Shown: piece after piece, positions 18,047 to 27,860 of the stretch
Layout of the letters: each line of letters starts with the position of its first letter
Numbering within the stretch: position 1 is the first letter of the stretch
NCBI GenBank assembly: GCA_963782865.1
Contig: CAWALS010000018.1
Coordinates: 37,011-101,010 of the forward strand
From: an uncultured Gammaproteobacteria bacterium
Lineage (GTDB): Bacteria; Pseudomonadota; Gammaproteobacteria; Steroidobacterales; Steroidobacteraceae
DNA: 64,000 nucleotides
Direction of reading: 5' to 3'
The notes under the pieces: generated by a model
Seen by the model: the letters and a program-made list of their open reading frames with translations, nothing else
Told to the model about the DNA's origin: nothing
Databases searched by the model: none
Made by a program: the position numbers and the translations under genes

Positions 18047-18916
18047 ATGAAACGCATTTTTCTATTCGTCCTGACCAATCTTGCAGTGCTCGCACTGCTC
18101 AGCGTCGTGCTGTTCATCGTCGAAAATATCTTCGGCGTGCATTTGATGCAGGGCGGCACGGGCGGCTTGCTGGTTTTTGCGGCCATTTTCGGCTTCGGCG
18201 GATCTCTCATTTCGCTGGCCCTGTCGAAGTGGACCGCAAAACGCATGATGGGGGTACGCGTCATCGAAAGCCCTCAGTCCGAACTGGAGCGTTGGCTGGT
18301 GGGTGCCGTCAAGCGGCTGGCCGATCAAGCCCATTTGGGAATGCCGGAGGTCGGCATTTTCGACGCCGAGGAAATGAATGCCTTCGCGACCGGCGCGCGC
18401 CGCAATGCCGCGCTGGTGGCGGTGAGCAGCGGTCTGCTGCGCAACATGTCGCGCACGCAGGTCGAGGCGGTACTGGGTCACGAAATCACTCACGTCGCAA
18501 ACGGTGATATGGTTACCCTTGCTCTTTTGCAAGGCGTGTTAAATACATTCGTGATCTTTCTGGCGCGCATCATCGGCGGTATCGTTGATCGGGCAATCCT
18601 GCGCAACGACCGGCAGGGGGGAATCGGTTTTTTCCTGACCACGTTGTTGGCGCAGTTCGTACTGGGCATTCTGGCGAGCATAATCGTCTGCTGGTATTCG
18701 CGGCGGCGCGAGTTTCGCGCGGATCGAGGCGGCGCGGATCTGACCGGTACCGCCAACATGATCGATGCGCTGCAAATGCTGAAGCGCAGTCAGGGAGAGC
18801 CGATGCCGCAGCAACTGCAGGCTTTCGGCATCAATACCGGCCGTGCGGATGGAATCATGCGGCTATTTATGAGCCATCCGCCCTTGGACGAGCGGATTGC
18901 GGCACTGAAGACTTAA
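18047..18916 (+). CDS. htpX: zinc metalloprotease HtpX
   Basis: Start at MKRIFLFVLTNLAVL. HEITHVANGDM zinc motif, four TM segments and a C-terminal MSHPPLDERIAAL. Confidence 0.9.
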   Translation: MKRIFLFVLTNLAVLALLSVVLFIVENIFGVHLMQGGTGGLLVFAAIFGFGGSLISLALSKWTAKRMMGVRVIESPQSELERWLVGAVKRLADQAHLGMPEVGIFDAEEMNAFATGARRNAALVAVSSGLLRNMSRTQVEAVLGHEITHVANGDMVTLALLQGVLNTFVIFLARIIGGIVDRAILRNDRQGGIGFFLTTLLAQFVLGILASIIVCWYSRRREFRADRGGADLTGTANMIDALQMLKRSQGEPMPQQLQAFGINTGRADGIMRLFMSHPPLDERIAALKT

Positions 18917-18929
18917 CGTTAGGAAACCC

Positions 18930-19910
18930 ATGACCCCAGAAAATGAAATCGTGATCGAGTCCCCTACCGCGGTGCGCGTGGGTCATGAACTCTCGCGGTG
19001 GTTCGGCAACAGCGACTTTGCGACGCGGCCGCGCGAACCTGCGCTGAAAGAGGCAGGACGACACATCGATTGGGCGCGGGTGCTGCCGTTTCTGCTCATG
19101 CATGCCGCATGTCTGGCGGTGATTTGGGTCGGCTTCAGCTGGGTCGCCTTGGCGGTGACGATCGCTCTGTACGTGGTGCGCATGTTTGCGATCACCGGCT
19201 TCTATCATCGCTATTTTTCGCATCGCACCTTCAAGACTTCGCGCCTTGGACAATTCATCTTTGGCATGCTGGGCGCCTCGGCGGTACAGCGCGGCCCGAT
19301 TTGGTGGGCGGCGCATCACCGGCACCATCATGTCTACTCGGACAAACCTGAAGATGTGCACTCGCCGGTGCAGCACGGCTTCTTCTGGAGCCACATGGGC
19401 TGGTTCATGTCCCACAAGCACTTCGCGGCGGATTTGTCGCGGGTGAAAGATTTGCTGAAGTATCCGGAGCTGCGGTTCCTGGACCGCTTCGATGTCGTGG
19501 TTCCGACGGCCTTGGGGGTTGGGGTCTTTCTGCTCGGCGTGCTCTTGAAGCATGTCGCACCGGGGCTTCACACCACGGGATGGCAGATGCTGGTGTGGGG
19601 TTTCTTTATCTCCACGGTGCTGGTCTACCACGGCACCTACACCATCAATTCGCTCTCGCATGTGTTCGGCCGCCAGCGCTACAGGACCGGCGACGCCAGC
19701 CGCAATAATCCCTGGCTGGCCATCATCACCTTGGGCGAGGGTTGGCATAACAATCACCATCATTATCCGGCCTCGGTCCGCCAGGGCTTCTATTGGTGGG
19801 AGTTCGACGTCACCTTCTACCTTTTGAAGCTGATGGCGTTTTTCGGCGTGATCTGGGATCTCAAGCCGGTACCCGCGGCGATCCGCGACGGCGGGGGCAA
19901 GCGGCTCTAA
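18930..19910 (+). CDS. acyl-CoA (delta-9 type) fatty acid desaturase
   Basis: Histidine boxes HRYFSH, HHRHHH and HNNHH, with TM pairs. Confidence 0.85.
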   Translation: MTPENEIVIESPTAVRVGHELSRWFGNSDFATRPREPALKEAGRHIDWARVLPFLLMHAACLAVIWVGFSWVALAVTIALYVVRMFAITGFYHRYFSHRTFKTSRLGQFIFGMLGASAVQRGPIWWAAHHRHHHVYSDKPEDVHSPVQHGFFWSHMGWFMSHKHFAADLSRVKDLLKYPELRFLDRFDVVVPTALGVGVFLLGVLLKHVAPGLHTTGWQMLVWGFFISTVLVYHGTYTINSLSHVFGRQRYRTGDASRNNPWLAIITLGEGWHNNHHHYPASVRQGFYWWEFDVTFYLLKLMAFFGVIWDLKPVPAAIRDGGGKRL

Positions 19911-19913
19911 TCC

Positions 19914-21344
19914 ATGCCGCGCCCGCCTAGTTCCGCAACGCTCGCGGAGCTGAAGGACGCAGTGGGTCCCGGCAATGCTCTGGATTTGCACGATGACCTA
20001 ACGCCCTACCTCACGGATTTTCGGCGCCTCTATCAGGGCGCCACGCCTCTGGTGCTGCGTCCCCGCAGCGTCGATGAGGTCGCTAGAATATTAAGGATCT
20101 GCCACCGCGACGAAGTCGCGGTGGTGCCGCACGGCGGCAACACCAGCTACTGCGGCGGCGCGACTCCGGATGAAAGCGGCTCGCAGATCGTCGTCTCCTT
20201 ACAGCGCTTGAATCGAATACGCCAGGTCGACGCCGCCAATTATTCCATGATTGTCGAGGTCGGGTGCACGCTGGCCGGCGCGCAAACGGCGGCGCGCGAG
20301 GCGAGGCGTCTTTTCCCCTTGAGCTTGGGCTCGGAAGGCACCGCACAAATCGGCGGCAACCTCTCCACCAATGCCGGCGGCACGGCGGTACTTCGCTACG
20401 GCATGATGCGCGACCTCGTGCTCGGACTGGAGGTGGTGCTTGCCGACGGCCGGGTGCTGTCGGCGCTGAAGAGCCTGCGCAAGGACAATACCGGGTATGA
20501 CGTCAAGTCCTTGTTCATTGGCGCCGAAGGCACGCTCGGCATCATCACGGCCGCCTCGCTCAAGCTGTTTCCGGTGCCGGCCGACACCGCCACCGCATTG
20601 GTCGGCATCGACTCGCCGCGCCAGGCGCTTGATTTGCTCGCGCGATTGCGCAGCGCCGCGGGCGATCAAGTGACCTCGTTCGAGTTGATGCCGCGCATCG
20701 CCGTGGAAATGACCGTGAGGCACATTGCGGGGGTCGCGAATCCCTTGAGTTTCGATTGCGCATGGTACCTGCTGATCGAATTGAGCTCGCCAAACCCGAA
20801 GCAAAATCTGACGGCGCTTCTGACCTCGGAACTGGAAGAGGCGGCGTCCGCCGCTGCGCTCAAGGATGCCATGCTGGCCACGTCGCTGGCGCAGGCGCAG
20901 GCCATGTGGAAATTGCGCGAGTCGGTGCCGGAAGCGCAACGGCGCCACGGCGCCAGCATCAAGCACGACGTCTCGGTTCCGGTCTCCGCCATCCCCGAGC
21001 TCATCGAGAGAGGCGCCGCGCTCGCGCTTGAACTGGCTCCCGAAGGCGACGTGGTCTCCTACGGGCATGCCGGCGACGGCAATTTGCATTTCAATTTGAG
21101 TCAAAAGCCCGGCGCGGACACGGCGCGGTTCGTCGGCCGAACGCATGCGCTCGAATTGGCGATGTTCGACCTGGTCGAGAGCCTGGGCGGCAGCATCAGC
21201 GCCGAACACGGCATCGGACGCCTCAAGGCTGCGGAGTTCGCGCGGCGCGCGGATCCTGTCGAGCTTGCGGTCATGCACGCGCTCAAAAAAGCCCTCGATC
21301 CGAAGGGCATCTTGAATCCCGGCAAGGTTTTGTGCGCAAGCTGA
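19914..21344 (+). CDS. FAD-linked oxidase (GlcD / D-2-hydroxyacid dehydrogenase-like)
   Basis: 476 aa with the FAD-binding PCMH region VVPHGGNTSYCGG, KDNTGYD, GAEGTLGIIT and a C-terminal EHGIGRLK. Confidence 0.85.
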   Translation: MPRPPSSATLAELKDAVGPGNALDLHDDLTPYLTDFRRLYQGATPLVLRPRSVDEVARILRICHRDEVAVVPHGGNTSYCGGATPDESGSQIVVSLQRLNRIRQVDAANYSMIVEVGCTLAGAQTAAREARRLFPLSLGSEGTAQIGGNLSTNAGGTAVLRYGMMRDLVLGLEVVLADGRVLSALKSLRKDNTGYDVKSLFIGAEGTLGIITAASLKLFPVPADTATALVGIDSPRQALDLLARLRSAAGDQVTSFELMPRIAVEMTVRHIAGVANPLSFDCAWYLLIELSSPNPKQNLTALLTSELEEAASAAALKDAMLATSLAQAQAMWKLRESVPEAQRRHGASIKHDVSVPVSAIPELIERGAALALELAPEGDVVSYGHAGDGNLHFNLSQKPGADTARFVGRTHALELAMFDLVESLGGSISAEHGIGRLKAAEFARRADPVELAVMHALKKALDPKGILNPGKVLCAS

Positions 21345-21918
21345 CGCCGCCGGTCCGCACGGCGCGTTTGAATCTTCGCGAGTTCGTCGCGATGGACTTC
21401 GCGGCCGTGCACGCCTACTCATCGGATCCGCGAGTCACGCGCTATCTTTTTTTGGACCGCGCGACGAGCAGAGCACGGCGGAATATCTCGAGGAGCTGCT
21501 GGCATCGCAGCGCGAGCAACCGCGCACGCGATTCGAACTGGCCGTGGAAGAAATCGCCTCGGGCAAACTGATCGGGGCGTGCGATCTGTCCTTGATCGAA
21601 AGCAATGTCGTGGACTTGGGTTATATGCTCGCCGCCGACCAGTGGGGCAAGGGATACGCGACCGAAATTGCGCTGGCCCTGGTCGATGCGGCGTTTTTCG
21701 ATCTGCGCGCGCAACGGGTCATTTCCACCGTCGATGTGAATAATGCCGCATCGATCCGCGTGCTCGAGAAAATCGGCATGCGTTGGGAAGCGGTGTATCG
21801 CAAGCACCGCCGCGCCAAGAATCGTTGGTGGGACTGCCACCTGTTCACCTTGCCGCGCGAGGTGTGGGAGGCCTCGGGGGATGGGAAGCTTCAAGGCCCT
21901 GCGTATTCCGGGCCTTGA
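21332..21918 (+). pseudogene. GNAT-family N-acetyltransferase (RimJ/RimL-like), with a frameshift at a T7 run
   Basis: The N-terminal part (ORF 21332..21571, TARLNLREFVAMDFAAVHAYSSDPRVTRYLF) and the C-terminal part (PRDEQSTAEYLEELL...QWGKGYATE...) lie in different frames. They join at the T7 run 21447-21453; a T8 run would restore ...RYLFFGPRDEQ.... Confidence 0.75.
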
Positions 21919-21937
21919 AGCTTCCCATCCCCCGAGG
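21872..21937. repeat. 28-bp perfect inverted repeat (hairpin with a 10-nt loop), possible bidirectional terminator
   Basis: CCTCGGGGGATGGGAAGCTTCAAGGCCC (21872-21899) is the exact reverse complement of 21910-21937. The left arm lies inside the last codons of the GNAT gene. No flanking T tract. Confidence 0.9.
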
Positions 21938-21973
21938 CCATTCGGGCCCGCTCAACCTCACCGTGCCGAAGTA

Positions 21974-22138
21974 TTAGTGCTCGGCCTCATCCTGGGCCGC
22001 TTGCCGGCGCGCCCGCTCGGCGGCGCGCTTCAGCACCTCCTCGCTGGGCATCCCGGTGTTGCGGCTGCTGCGCAACGCCAGCATTCCGCCGATCAGAATG
22101 GCGGCGACGATGATGATCACGACGACGGCTCTGAACAC
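21974..22138 (-). CDS. small (54 aa) single-pass membrane protein, not in the ORF track
   Basis: GTG at 22138-22136 preceded by AAGGAG (11-nt spacer). Translation VFRAVVVIIIVAAILIGGMLALRSSRNTGMPSEEVLKRAAERARRQAAQDEAEH*, i.e. a TM helix plus a charged tail. Sits directly downstream of tesB. Confidence 0.5.
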   Translation of the reverse strand: MFRAVVVIIIVAAILIGGMLALRSSRNTGMPSEEVLKRAAERARRQAAQDEAEH

Positions 22139-22152
22139 GCAGCAGCGCTCCT

Positions 22153-23007
22153 TTAGGACATCACTCTGATCAGACCTTCCTGGGCGACGCTCGCGACCAG
22201 GCGCCCGTCGCGCGCAAATATGCTGCCGCGAGTGAAGCCGCGGGCGCCGGACGCGCTCGGGCTGTCCATGGCGTACAGCAACCAGTCATCAACCCTCAAG
22301 CTGCGATGAAACCACATCGCATGATCGATGCTGGCGATCACCAACTTGTCGCGGGCCAGGGAGAGCGCATGCGGCTTGAGCGCCGTATCGAGCAATTGAA
22401 AGTCGGACGCATAAGCCAGCAGGCAGCGATGCAGCGCCTCGTCATCGGGAAGCTTGTCGACGGCGCGGATCCACACGTATTTGAACGGAGGTCTTTTTTC
22501 CGGTCGCGTGAAATTGGGAATCTCGGTGGGTTTGAACTCGAAGGGACGCTTCTGATCCAATATTTTCAGCAGGGTGGGCGACAGGCCTTGCAGCGAGGCG
22601 CGAAACTGCGCAAGATCCGGCAGGGTTTCCGGCATCGGCACATCCGGCATCGGAAACTGATGATCCAGACCGGCCTCAGGAACTTGGAACGACGCGGACA
22701 TATTGAAGATCTGCTGGCCGTTCTGAATGGCGACGACGCGCCGCGTGGCGAAATGCTTGCCGTCCCACGCTCTGTCAACTTCGTAGACAATCGGCAGATT
22801 GAAATCCCCGCGCCGCAGAAAATAGGCGTGCAGCGAATGCACTTGCCGATCTGCCACCGTCGCGGTCGCGGCCACCAGCGCCTGTCCCAGCACCTGACCG
22901 CCGAACACTTGCGGACTGCCGATGTCGCGGCTCTGGCCGCGAAATAGATTGATCTCGAGACGTTCGAGCGTCATGACCTTGATCAAATCTTCGAGCAGCT
23001 GATTCAT
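22153..23007 (-). CDS. tesB: acyl-CoA thioesterase II
   Basis: 284 aa with LERLEINLFRGQSRDIG.PQVFGGQVLGQAL and a double hot-dog layout. Confidence 0.9.
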   Translation of the reverse strand: MNQLLEDLIKVMTLERLEINLFRGQSRDIGSPQVFGGQVLGQALVAATATVADRQVHSLHAYFLRRGDFNLPIVYEVDRAWDGKHFATRRVVAIQNGQQIFNMSASFQVPEAGLDHQFPMPDVPMPETLPDLAQFRASLQGLSPTLLKILDQKRPFEFKPTEIPNFTRPEKRPPFKYVWIRAVDKLPDDEALHRCLLAYASDFQLLDTALKPHALSLARDKLVIASIDHAMWFHRSLRVDDWLLYAMDSPSASGARGFTRGSIFARDGRLVASVAQEGLIRVMS

Positions 23008-23019
23008 CGATGCACCCGG

Positions 23020-24051
23020 TTAGGAGCCGGCCACGCCCAAGCGCTTCTGCATGATCGGGCTGGTGGTGGTGTATTGCAAAAACTGGCGCTTCTCGGGAAA
23101 CAGGTGATGTTGAATCGCAAACGCCGTCAGCGCGGCTTCATGAAAACCGCTCAATATGAGTTTTTTCTTGCCGGGATACGAATTGATGTCGCCGATGGCG
23201 AAGATTCCCGGGACGCTGGTCTGAAACTTCTCGGTATCGACCTTGAGCGCCTTTTTCTCCATCTCCAGGCCCCATTCAGCGATGGGCCCGAGCTTCGGAT
23301 GCAGGCCAAAGAATGCGAACACATGATCCACCGGAATCGTACGCATCGGACCGTCGGCGGTTTGCACCTCGAGCCCGGTCAATTTGTCGCCGTCTTGCCG
23401 CAGGGCAACGGCATTGCCTTGCAAGAATTGCATTTTCCCCGCCGCGACCAAGTCGCGCATGCGCGCCACCGTGGCGGGCGCGGCGCGAAAGTCCGCGCGT
23501 CGATGCACCAAGGTCAAGGAGCGCGCCTTCCCGCAAAACGCAACGGTCCAATCCAATGCCGAGTCCCCGCCCCCGCAAATCACCAGGTCCTGGTTGAAAA
23601 AATCGCCCGCTGATCTCACCCGGTAGTGGACTGTTTTGCCTTCGAACTGCTCGACGCCGGGCAACCCCAGGCGGCGTGCCTGGAAGGAGCCCACTCCGCC
23701 GGCGATGACCACTGCGCCGGCGGTGAGGCGCGTACCGGTGGAGGTCGCAACGTGAAATTTGCCGTTGCCGAGCACGCGCAATTCGGTCACTTCCTGGCCA
23801 AGATGAAACGTGGCTTTGAAGGGTTTGGCCTGCTCCAGCAATCGATCGATCAGTTCCTGTGCGCCGCAGACCGGCAACGCGGGAATGTCATAGATCGGCT
23901 TATCGGGATACAGCTCGGTGCATTGACCGCCGGGCTGCCCCAAGGAATCGATGATGTGGGTGCTGATCCCGAGAAGACCGAGCTCGAATATTTGGAAGAG
24001 TCCGACGGGCCCGGCGCCGACGATCACGGTTTCTACGTATTGTTCCGACAT
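23020..24051 (-). CDS. ferredoxin-NADP+ reductase, thioredoxin-reductase-like type
   Basis: 343 aa with VIVGAGPVGLF, GGQCTELYPDKPIYDIP and GGGDSALDW. Confidence 0.85.
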   Translation of the reverse strand: MSEQYVETVIVGAGPVGLFQIFELGLLGISTHIIDSLGQPGGQCTELYPDKPIYDIPALPVCGAQELIDRLLEQAKPFKATFHLGQEVTELRVLGNGKFHVATSTGTRLTAGAVVIAGGVGSFQARRLGLPGVEQFEGKTVHYRVRSAGDFFNQDLVICGGGDSALDWTVAFCGKARSLTLVHRRADFRAAPATVARMRDLVAAGKMQFLQGNAVALRQDGDKLTGLEVQTADGPMRTIPVDHVFAFFGLHPKLGPIAEWGLEMEKKALKVDTEKFQTSVPGIFAIGDINSYPGKKKLILSGFHEAALTAFAIQHHLFPEKRQFLQYTTTSPIMQKRLGVAGS

Positions 24052-24338
24052 GTCAGTCCCAATTCCTTGCCTGAGGCAAATCGGCGCGGATTGTAGCTTA
24101 ATGGGCGGTTCGCAGTAGCTCGCCGGTTGCGGGGCGGGCGCGGCGGTGTTTCCGAATCTTCATCCGCTCTCCCTTCAGCAACCGGATTCGATCCTAACGG
24201 TACTCATGTACGAGACTTCAGGTCTCAAGAACGATCGCGATCAGGCCGCTCTCGCGGCGCCGGCGGCGACGAAAGTCATGCATGGCGTAGGTTATTGTTT
24301 TTTAAACGGAAACGGCCCAAAGCCTCAAGGATACTGGG

Positions 24339-25172
24339 ATGATGCACGCACGAGTTACCCCGCTTTCCGACGGACGCGCCGAGGCGCGCCAGGAGATTGC
24401 CCGGGATTCAACCCGTCCCATTCGCGCTTTGCAGCGCGGACTCGAGGTCTTGACCGAACTGAACCGCCTCGAGCGCGCGGCCATCAATACCTTGGCCGCC
24501 GCCGCGGGCTTGCCGCGCACTACGACCTATCGCATTTTGGAAACGCTGCGCCTCGCCGGCTACGTTGACCGCGATGCGCACGATGACTGCTACCGCCCGA
24601 CCATCATGGTGCGAGCGCTGTCGGACGGCTTTGACGATGAGGCACTGGTGGCGCATATCGCCAGGCCGCTGCTGGCAGTCCTGGGTTCTCAAATTGTTTG
24701 GCCGGTGGCGATTGCGACGGCCGCGGGCTCGACCATGATGATCCGCGAGACAACTCAGAGCCCTCTCGCGCTGGAGCTGTTCAGCGCCGGAGTGCGGGTA
24801 CCCATGCTGGGCTCGGCCGCGGGGCGCGCGTACCTGGCGTTCTGCCCGGCACAACAGCGCGATGCGCTGCTGGAGTCGCTGGCGCGCTCGTCCTTGCCGG
24901 AGGACCGTTTGGCGCGCAACCGCATCGAGGTTGAGCGGCTGCTGAACGAAACCCGCGCTCAAGGATTCGGCATGGCGCATCGCGCGCGGCGCGTCTCGGA
25001 AGAAACCAGCCTCGCCGTTCCGGTGCGCGCCCAGGATCGCATCCTGGCGACCGTCACGGTACGCTACGCGGCGACCGCACTGCCGTTGCGGGCAGCGGTG
25101 GAACAATTTCTGCCGAAGATGCGCGAGGTCGCGCAGAAGATCGAGGCGCAGTTCATCCAGGGGTCTGTCTGA
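24339..25172 (+). CDS. IclR-family transcriptional regulator
   Basis: 277 aa with a winged HTH (LAAAAGLPRTTTYRILETL) and an IclR effector domain. Confidence 0.85.
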   Translation: MMHARVTPLSDGRAEARQEIARDSTRPIRALQRGLEVLTELNRLERAAINTLAAAAGLPRTTTYRILETLRLAGYVDRDAHDDCYRPTIMVRALSDGFDDEALVAHIARPLLAVLGSQIVWPVAIATAAGSTMMIRETTQSPLALELFSAGVRVPMLGSAAGRAYLAFCPAQQRDALLESLARSSLPEDRLARNRIEVERLLNETRAQGFGMAHRARRVSEETSLAVPVRAQDRILATVTVRYAATALPLRAAVEQFLPKMREVAQKIEAQFIQGSV

Positions 25173-25212
25173 ACATCCAGGGACCAGTCTGAATATTCCG
25201 CGCGAGCAAAGA

Positions 25213-27804
25213 TTACTTGCGCAGCACGTTGCGCACGCCGCCGGAGATCAGCGCCGTGACATCGAGCAGTGCGCCGGCCATCGCGAGGCCATCCGGCGCC
25301 GCTAAATAGCGCGGACGCCACACCGGATTGAATTTCTCCTTGAATTTGCGCAAGCCTTCAAAATTGTAAAATGTCTCGCCGTAGCGCTGCACGATGCGTC
25401 CAAGTTTGTGCCACGTCGGAGCCAATGCGTGCTCCTCGAGGCCCGAGAGCGGCGCCATGCCGAGAGTGAACCAGCGGAATCCCTGCGCCCTGCCCCATAA
25501 CATGCATTCGATCAGCATGTAGTCCATCACGCCCTTTGGCGCGGCCTCGTTATAACGCATCAGATCGACCGACAGCTCCGTCGACCCGCCGCGCCACAGG
25601 TTCGCGAATGCAACCACCGCTCCCTGATGACGTACCACGCCCACATCGAAATGCGACAGGTATTGCTCATCGAAAAACCCCAGGGAAAAGCGCTTCTCGG
25701 CGGCGTTCTTGGCCGCGAGCCAGGCGTCTGATACCGCGCGCAATTCCGGCAGAAGCGCCGGCACGGCGCCGCGTCCGACGATTTCGAAGCTTGCGCCGTC
25801 GCGGCTGGCGCGGCGCTGCGCTTGGCGCAGATCCGCCCGTGCCGCGCCCTCGAGGGTGAAGGATTCAAGCGGCACTCGCGCCTCTTCGCCCAGCTTGCTC
25901 AACGTCAGACCAAGGTCCACGTACAGCGGCAGGCGTTCCGGCGTCACCTGATAGAACACCGGCGAGACCGCCATGCCGTCGCATTCCTCGAGAAATTCCC
26001 AAGCCAGCTCTTCGCCGAGCTGCGCCGGACCGATGGGATCGCCCATGGCTACCCAGCTGCTGCCGGACGACTGAAACATGATGCATGCGGTGCGATCCTT
26101 GTTGAACAGCAGATTCTTGTCGCCGAGCAGCGCCAGATTGTCGGTTGTGGTCTGGCCCTTCTCGATCAACGCGGCCACGCTCGCCAAGTCCTGCGGCGTC
26201 GGCGCGGTAAATCGCGGCGGCGCGGGCCGCAACACGCGCCACAGACCGTAAGCCGCGCCGATCATCACGGCGAGCAGCGAGGCACGCAGGCTGCGCGGCG
26301 CGGAGGCGTGGAAGGCAAATTGCCACCAGAGTTCATTGTCGTAAGGAAGACGCCGGTAGGCGAACAGCACCAGCCATCCCGCCATCAGCAACACCAGAAG
26401 AAAGGCGGCGATCCAGGCGGCCGAATAATGCTGCTCGATCAGCGAGGCCCGGCGCCGGAAACGCGACCGCGCCGATGCCAGCATGATCGCCACCAGGGCC
26501 AAGATGGTGGCTTCCTCGTAGTCGAAGCCCTTGAGCAGCGACAGCAAGATGCCGGCGCAGAGCAGCCAAATGGTAATCCACCACGCGGTGTACAAGCGCC
26601 GGTACAGGCCATGCGCGATGATCAACAATCCCACGCCGACCACGCTGCCGAGCAGATGCGACAGCTCGAGCACCGACAGGGGCACGAAGTTGCGCAGCAA
26701 CGTCAAGCGATTGCCCAAGCCCGGCGTCGCACCCGAAAACAGCAGCACGGCACCGGCGAGAAACACCGCGATGGCGATCGCTTGCGGCGTCACAACGGCC
26801 AGGAATGCCCGCACCACGCGCGCCAGCCGCACGACCGGCGCGCGATGGATCCAGACCTCGTGCGCCCCCAACAACACCAGGGCGATGGCGAATGGCGCGA
26901 AATAGTAAATGGCGCGATACGCGATCAGCGCACCGAGCAGCCGGTCCTCGGGCACCGCCGGCATCAGCAGCAGCAACACGAACTCGAATACGCCGATGCC
27001 GCCGGGAACATTGCTGATGGCGCCCGCCGCCAGCGCGAGCAAGTAGACGCCGGCGAACGCAAAAAAGCCGATCGCGGCTTCCCGCGGCAGCAAGACGTAG
27101 AGAACACTGGTCGCGCACAGCATATCGACGCAGCTGACGCCGATCTGCGCAAACGCAACGCGCGCTCGCGGTACCGGAATCACGATTTTGCGCAACTGCA
27201 AGGGCGCATGGCGCGTGCAAACCAGCCACAGATACGCGCCCACCGCGGCCAGCAACAAGCCGCCGGCGACACGCGCCAACCAGGCGTGAACATGCAGCAC
27301 GGATCCGGACATTCCGGCATTCGACAACAGCGACAACCCGAGCAGCACGCCCGCGCCCAGGAAGAAGGTCAGCGTGCCAAAGGCGATAATGGTGGCGATT
27401 TGCCCGGCGCTGAGGCCGAGCGCGGTATACGCGCGATAGCGCACCGCGCCGCCGCTGATCGAATTAAAGCCGACGTTGTGCCCGATGGCATAGCCCATGA
27501 AGGATATGAGCGCGATGCGCGGATAAGGCACGCGTGCGCCGGCAAAGCGGACGGCAAGCGCATCGTACAAGGTCAGTGTGCTGTAGCCGGCGCAGGTGAA
27601 GAAGGCCGCACGCAGCAGTTTCGTGTTCGAAATGGCTTGGACGCGCTCCAGGATGTCGCGCCATTGGAACTTGCCGAGCAAGTGGTGCAGCCAGAACGCC
27701 ACTCCCACCAGCAGGGCGACGCCCAACAGAGTGCTCCAAATGGAAAGCTTCGGTGCTGTGCTCGAGTGTGCCAAGCCCGGTATCGTATCAGGCCTCCAAG
27801 GCAA
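25213..27804 (-). CDS. mprF: bifunctional lysylphosphatidylglycerol flippase/synthetase MprF
   Basis: 863 aa. The N-terminal half is polytopic membrane; the C-terminal half has the aminoacyl-PG synthase domain (..FYQVTPERLPLYVDLGL.., ..KRFSLGFFDEQYL.., ..FEGLRKFKEKFNP.W.PRY). Intact single ORF. Confidence 0.85.
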   Translation of the reverse strand: MPWRPDTIPGLAHSSTAPKLSIWSTLLGVALLVGVAFWLHHLLGKFQWRDILERVQAISNTKLLRAAFFTCAGYSTLTLYDALAVRFAGARVPYPRIALISFMGYAIGHNVGFNSISGGAVRYRAYTALGLSAGQIATIIAFGTLTFFLGAGVLLGLSLLSNAGMSGSVLHVHAWLARVAGGLLLAAVGAYLWLVCTRHAPLQLRKIVIPVPRARVAFAQIGVSCVDMLCATSVLYVLLPREAAIGFFAFAGVYLLALAAGAISNVPGGIGVFEFVLLLLMPAVPEDRLLGALIAYRAIYYFAPFAIALVLLGAHEVWIHRAPVVRLARVVRAFLAVVTPQAIAIAVFLAGAVLLFSGATPGLGNRLTLLRNFVPLSVLELSHLLGSVVGVGLLIIAHGLYRRLYTAWWITIWLLCAGILLSLLKGFDYEEATILALVAIMLASARSRFRRRASLIEQHYSAAWIAAFLLVLLMAGWLVLFAYRRLPYDNELWWQFAFHASAPRSLRASLLAVMIGAAYGLWRVLRPAPPRFTAPTPQDLASVAALIEKGQTTTDNLALLGDKNLLFNKDRTACIMFQSSGSSWVAMGDPIGPAQLGEELAWEFLEECDGMAVSPVFYQVTPERLPLYVDLGLTLSKLGEEARVPLESFTLEGAARADLRQAQRRASRDGASFEIVGRGAVPALLPELRAVSDAWLAAKNAAEKRFSLGFFDEQYLSHFDVGVVRHQGAVVAFANLWRGGSTELSVDLMRYNEAAPKGVMDYMLIECMLWGRAQGFRWFTLGMAPLSGLEEHALAPTWHKLGRIVQRYGETFYNFEGLRKFKEKFNPVWRPRYLAAPDGLAMAGALLDVTALISGGVRNVLRK

Positions 27805-27860
27805 CGCAGAAAACTGCTAGGGTTGCGTCTTTCGAATCGACTTTAAGGGGTAAGGCACCG

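Noticed and set aside
24086-24124. tRNA-like string GCGGATTGTAGCTTAATGGGCGGTTCGCAGTAGCTCGCC, plus GGATTCGATCC near 24185
   Set aside because: It resembles an acceptor/D-arm and a T-loop superficially. I could not fold a cloverleaf from it: there is no complementary acceptor 3' half, no anticodon stem and no proper T stem. It is treated as chance similarity or at most a tRNA remnant.
25822-27846. 674-aa ORF on the plus strand
   Set aside because: It is entirely antisense to the well-supported mprF gene. Its translation is Arg/Gly/Gln/His-rich low-complexity sequence with no motifs. This is a typical open antisense frame in GC-rich DNA.
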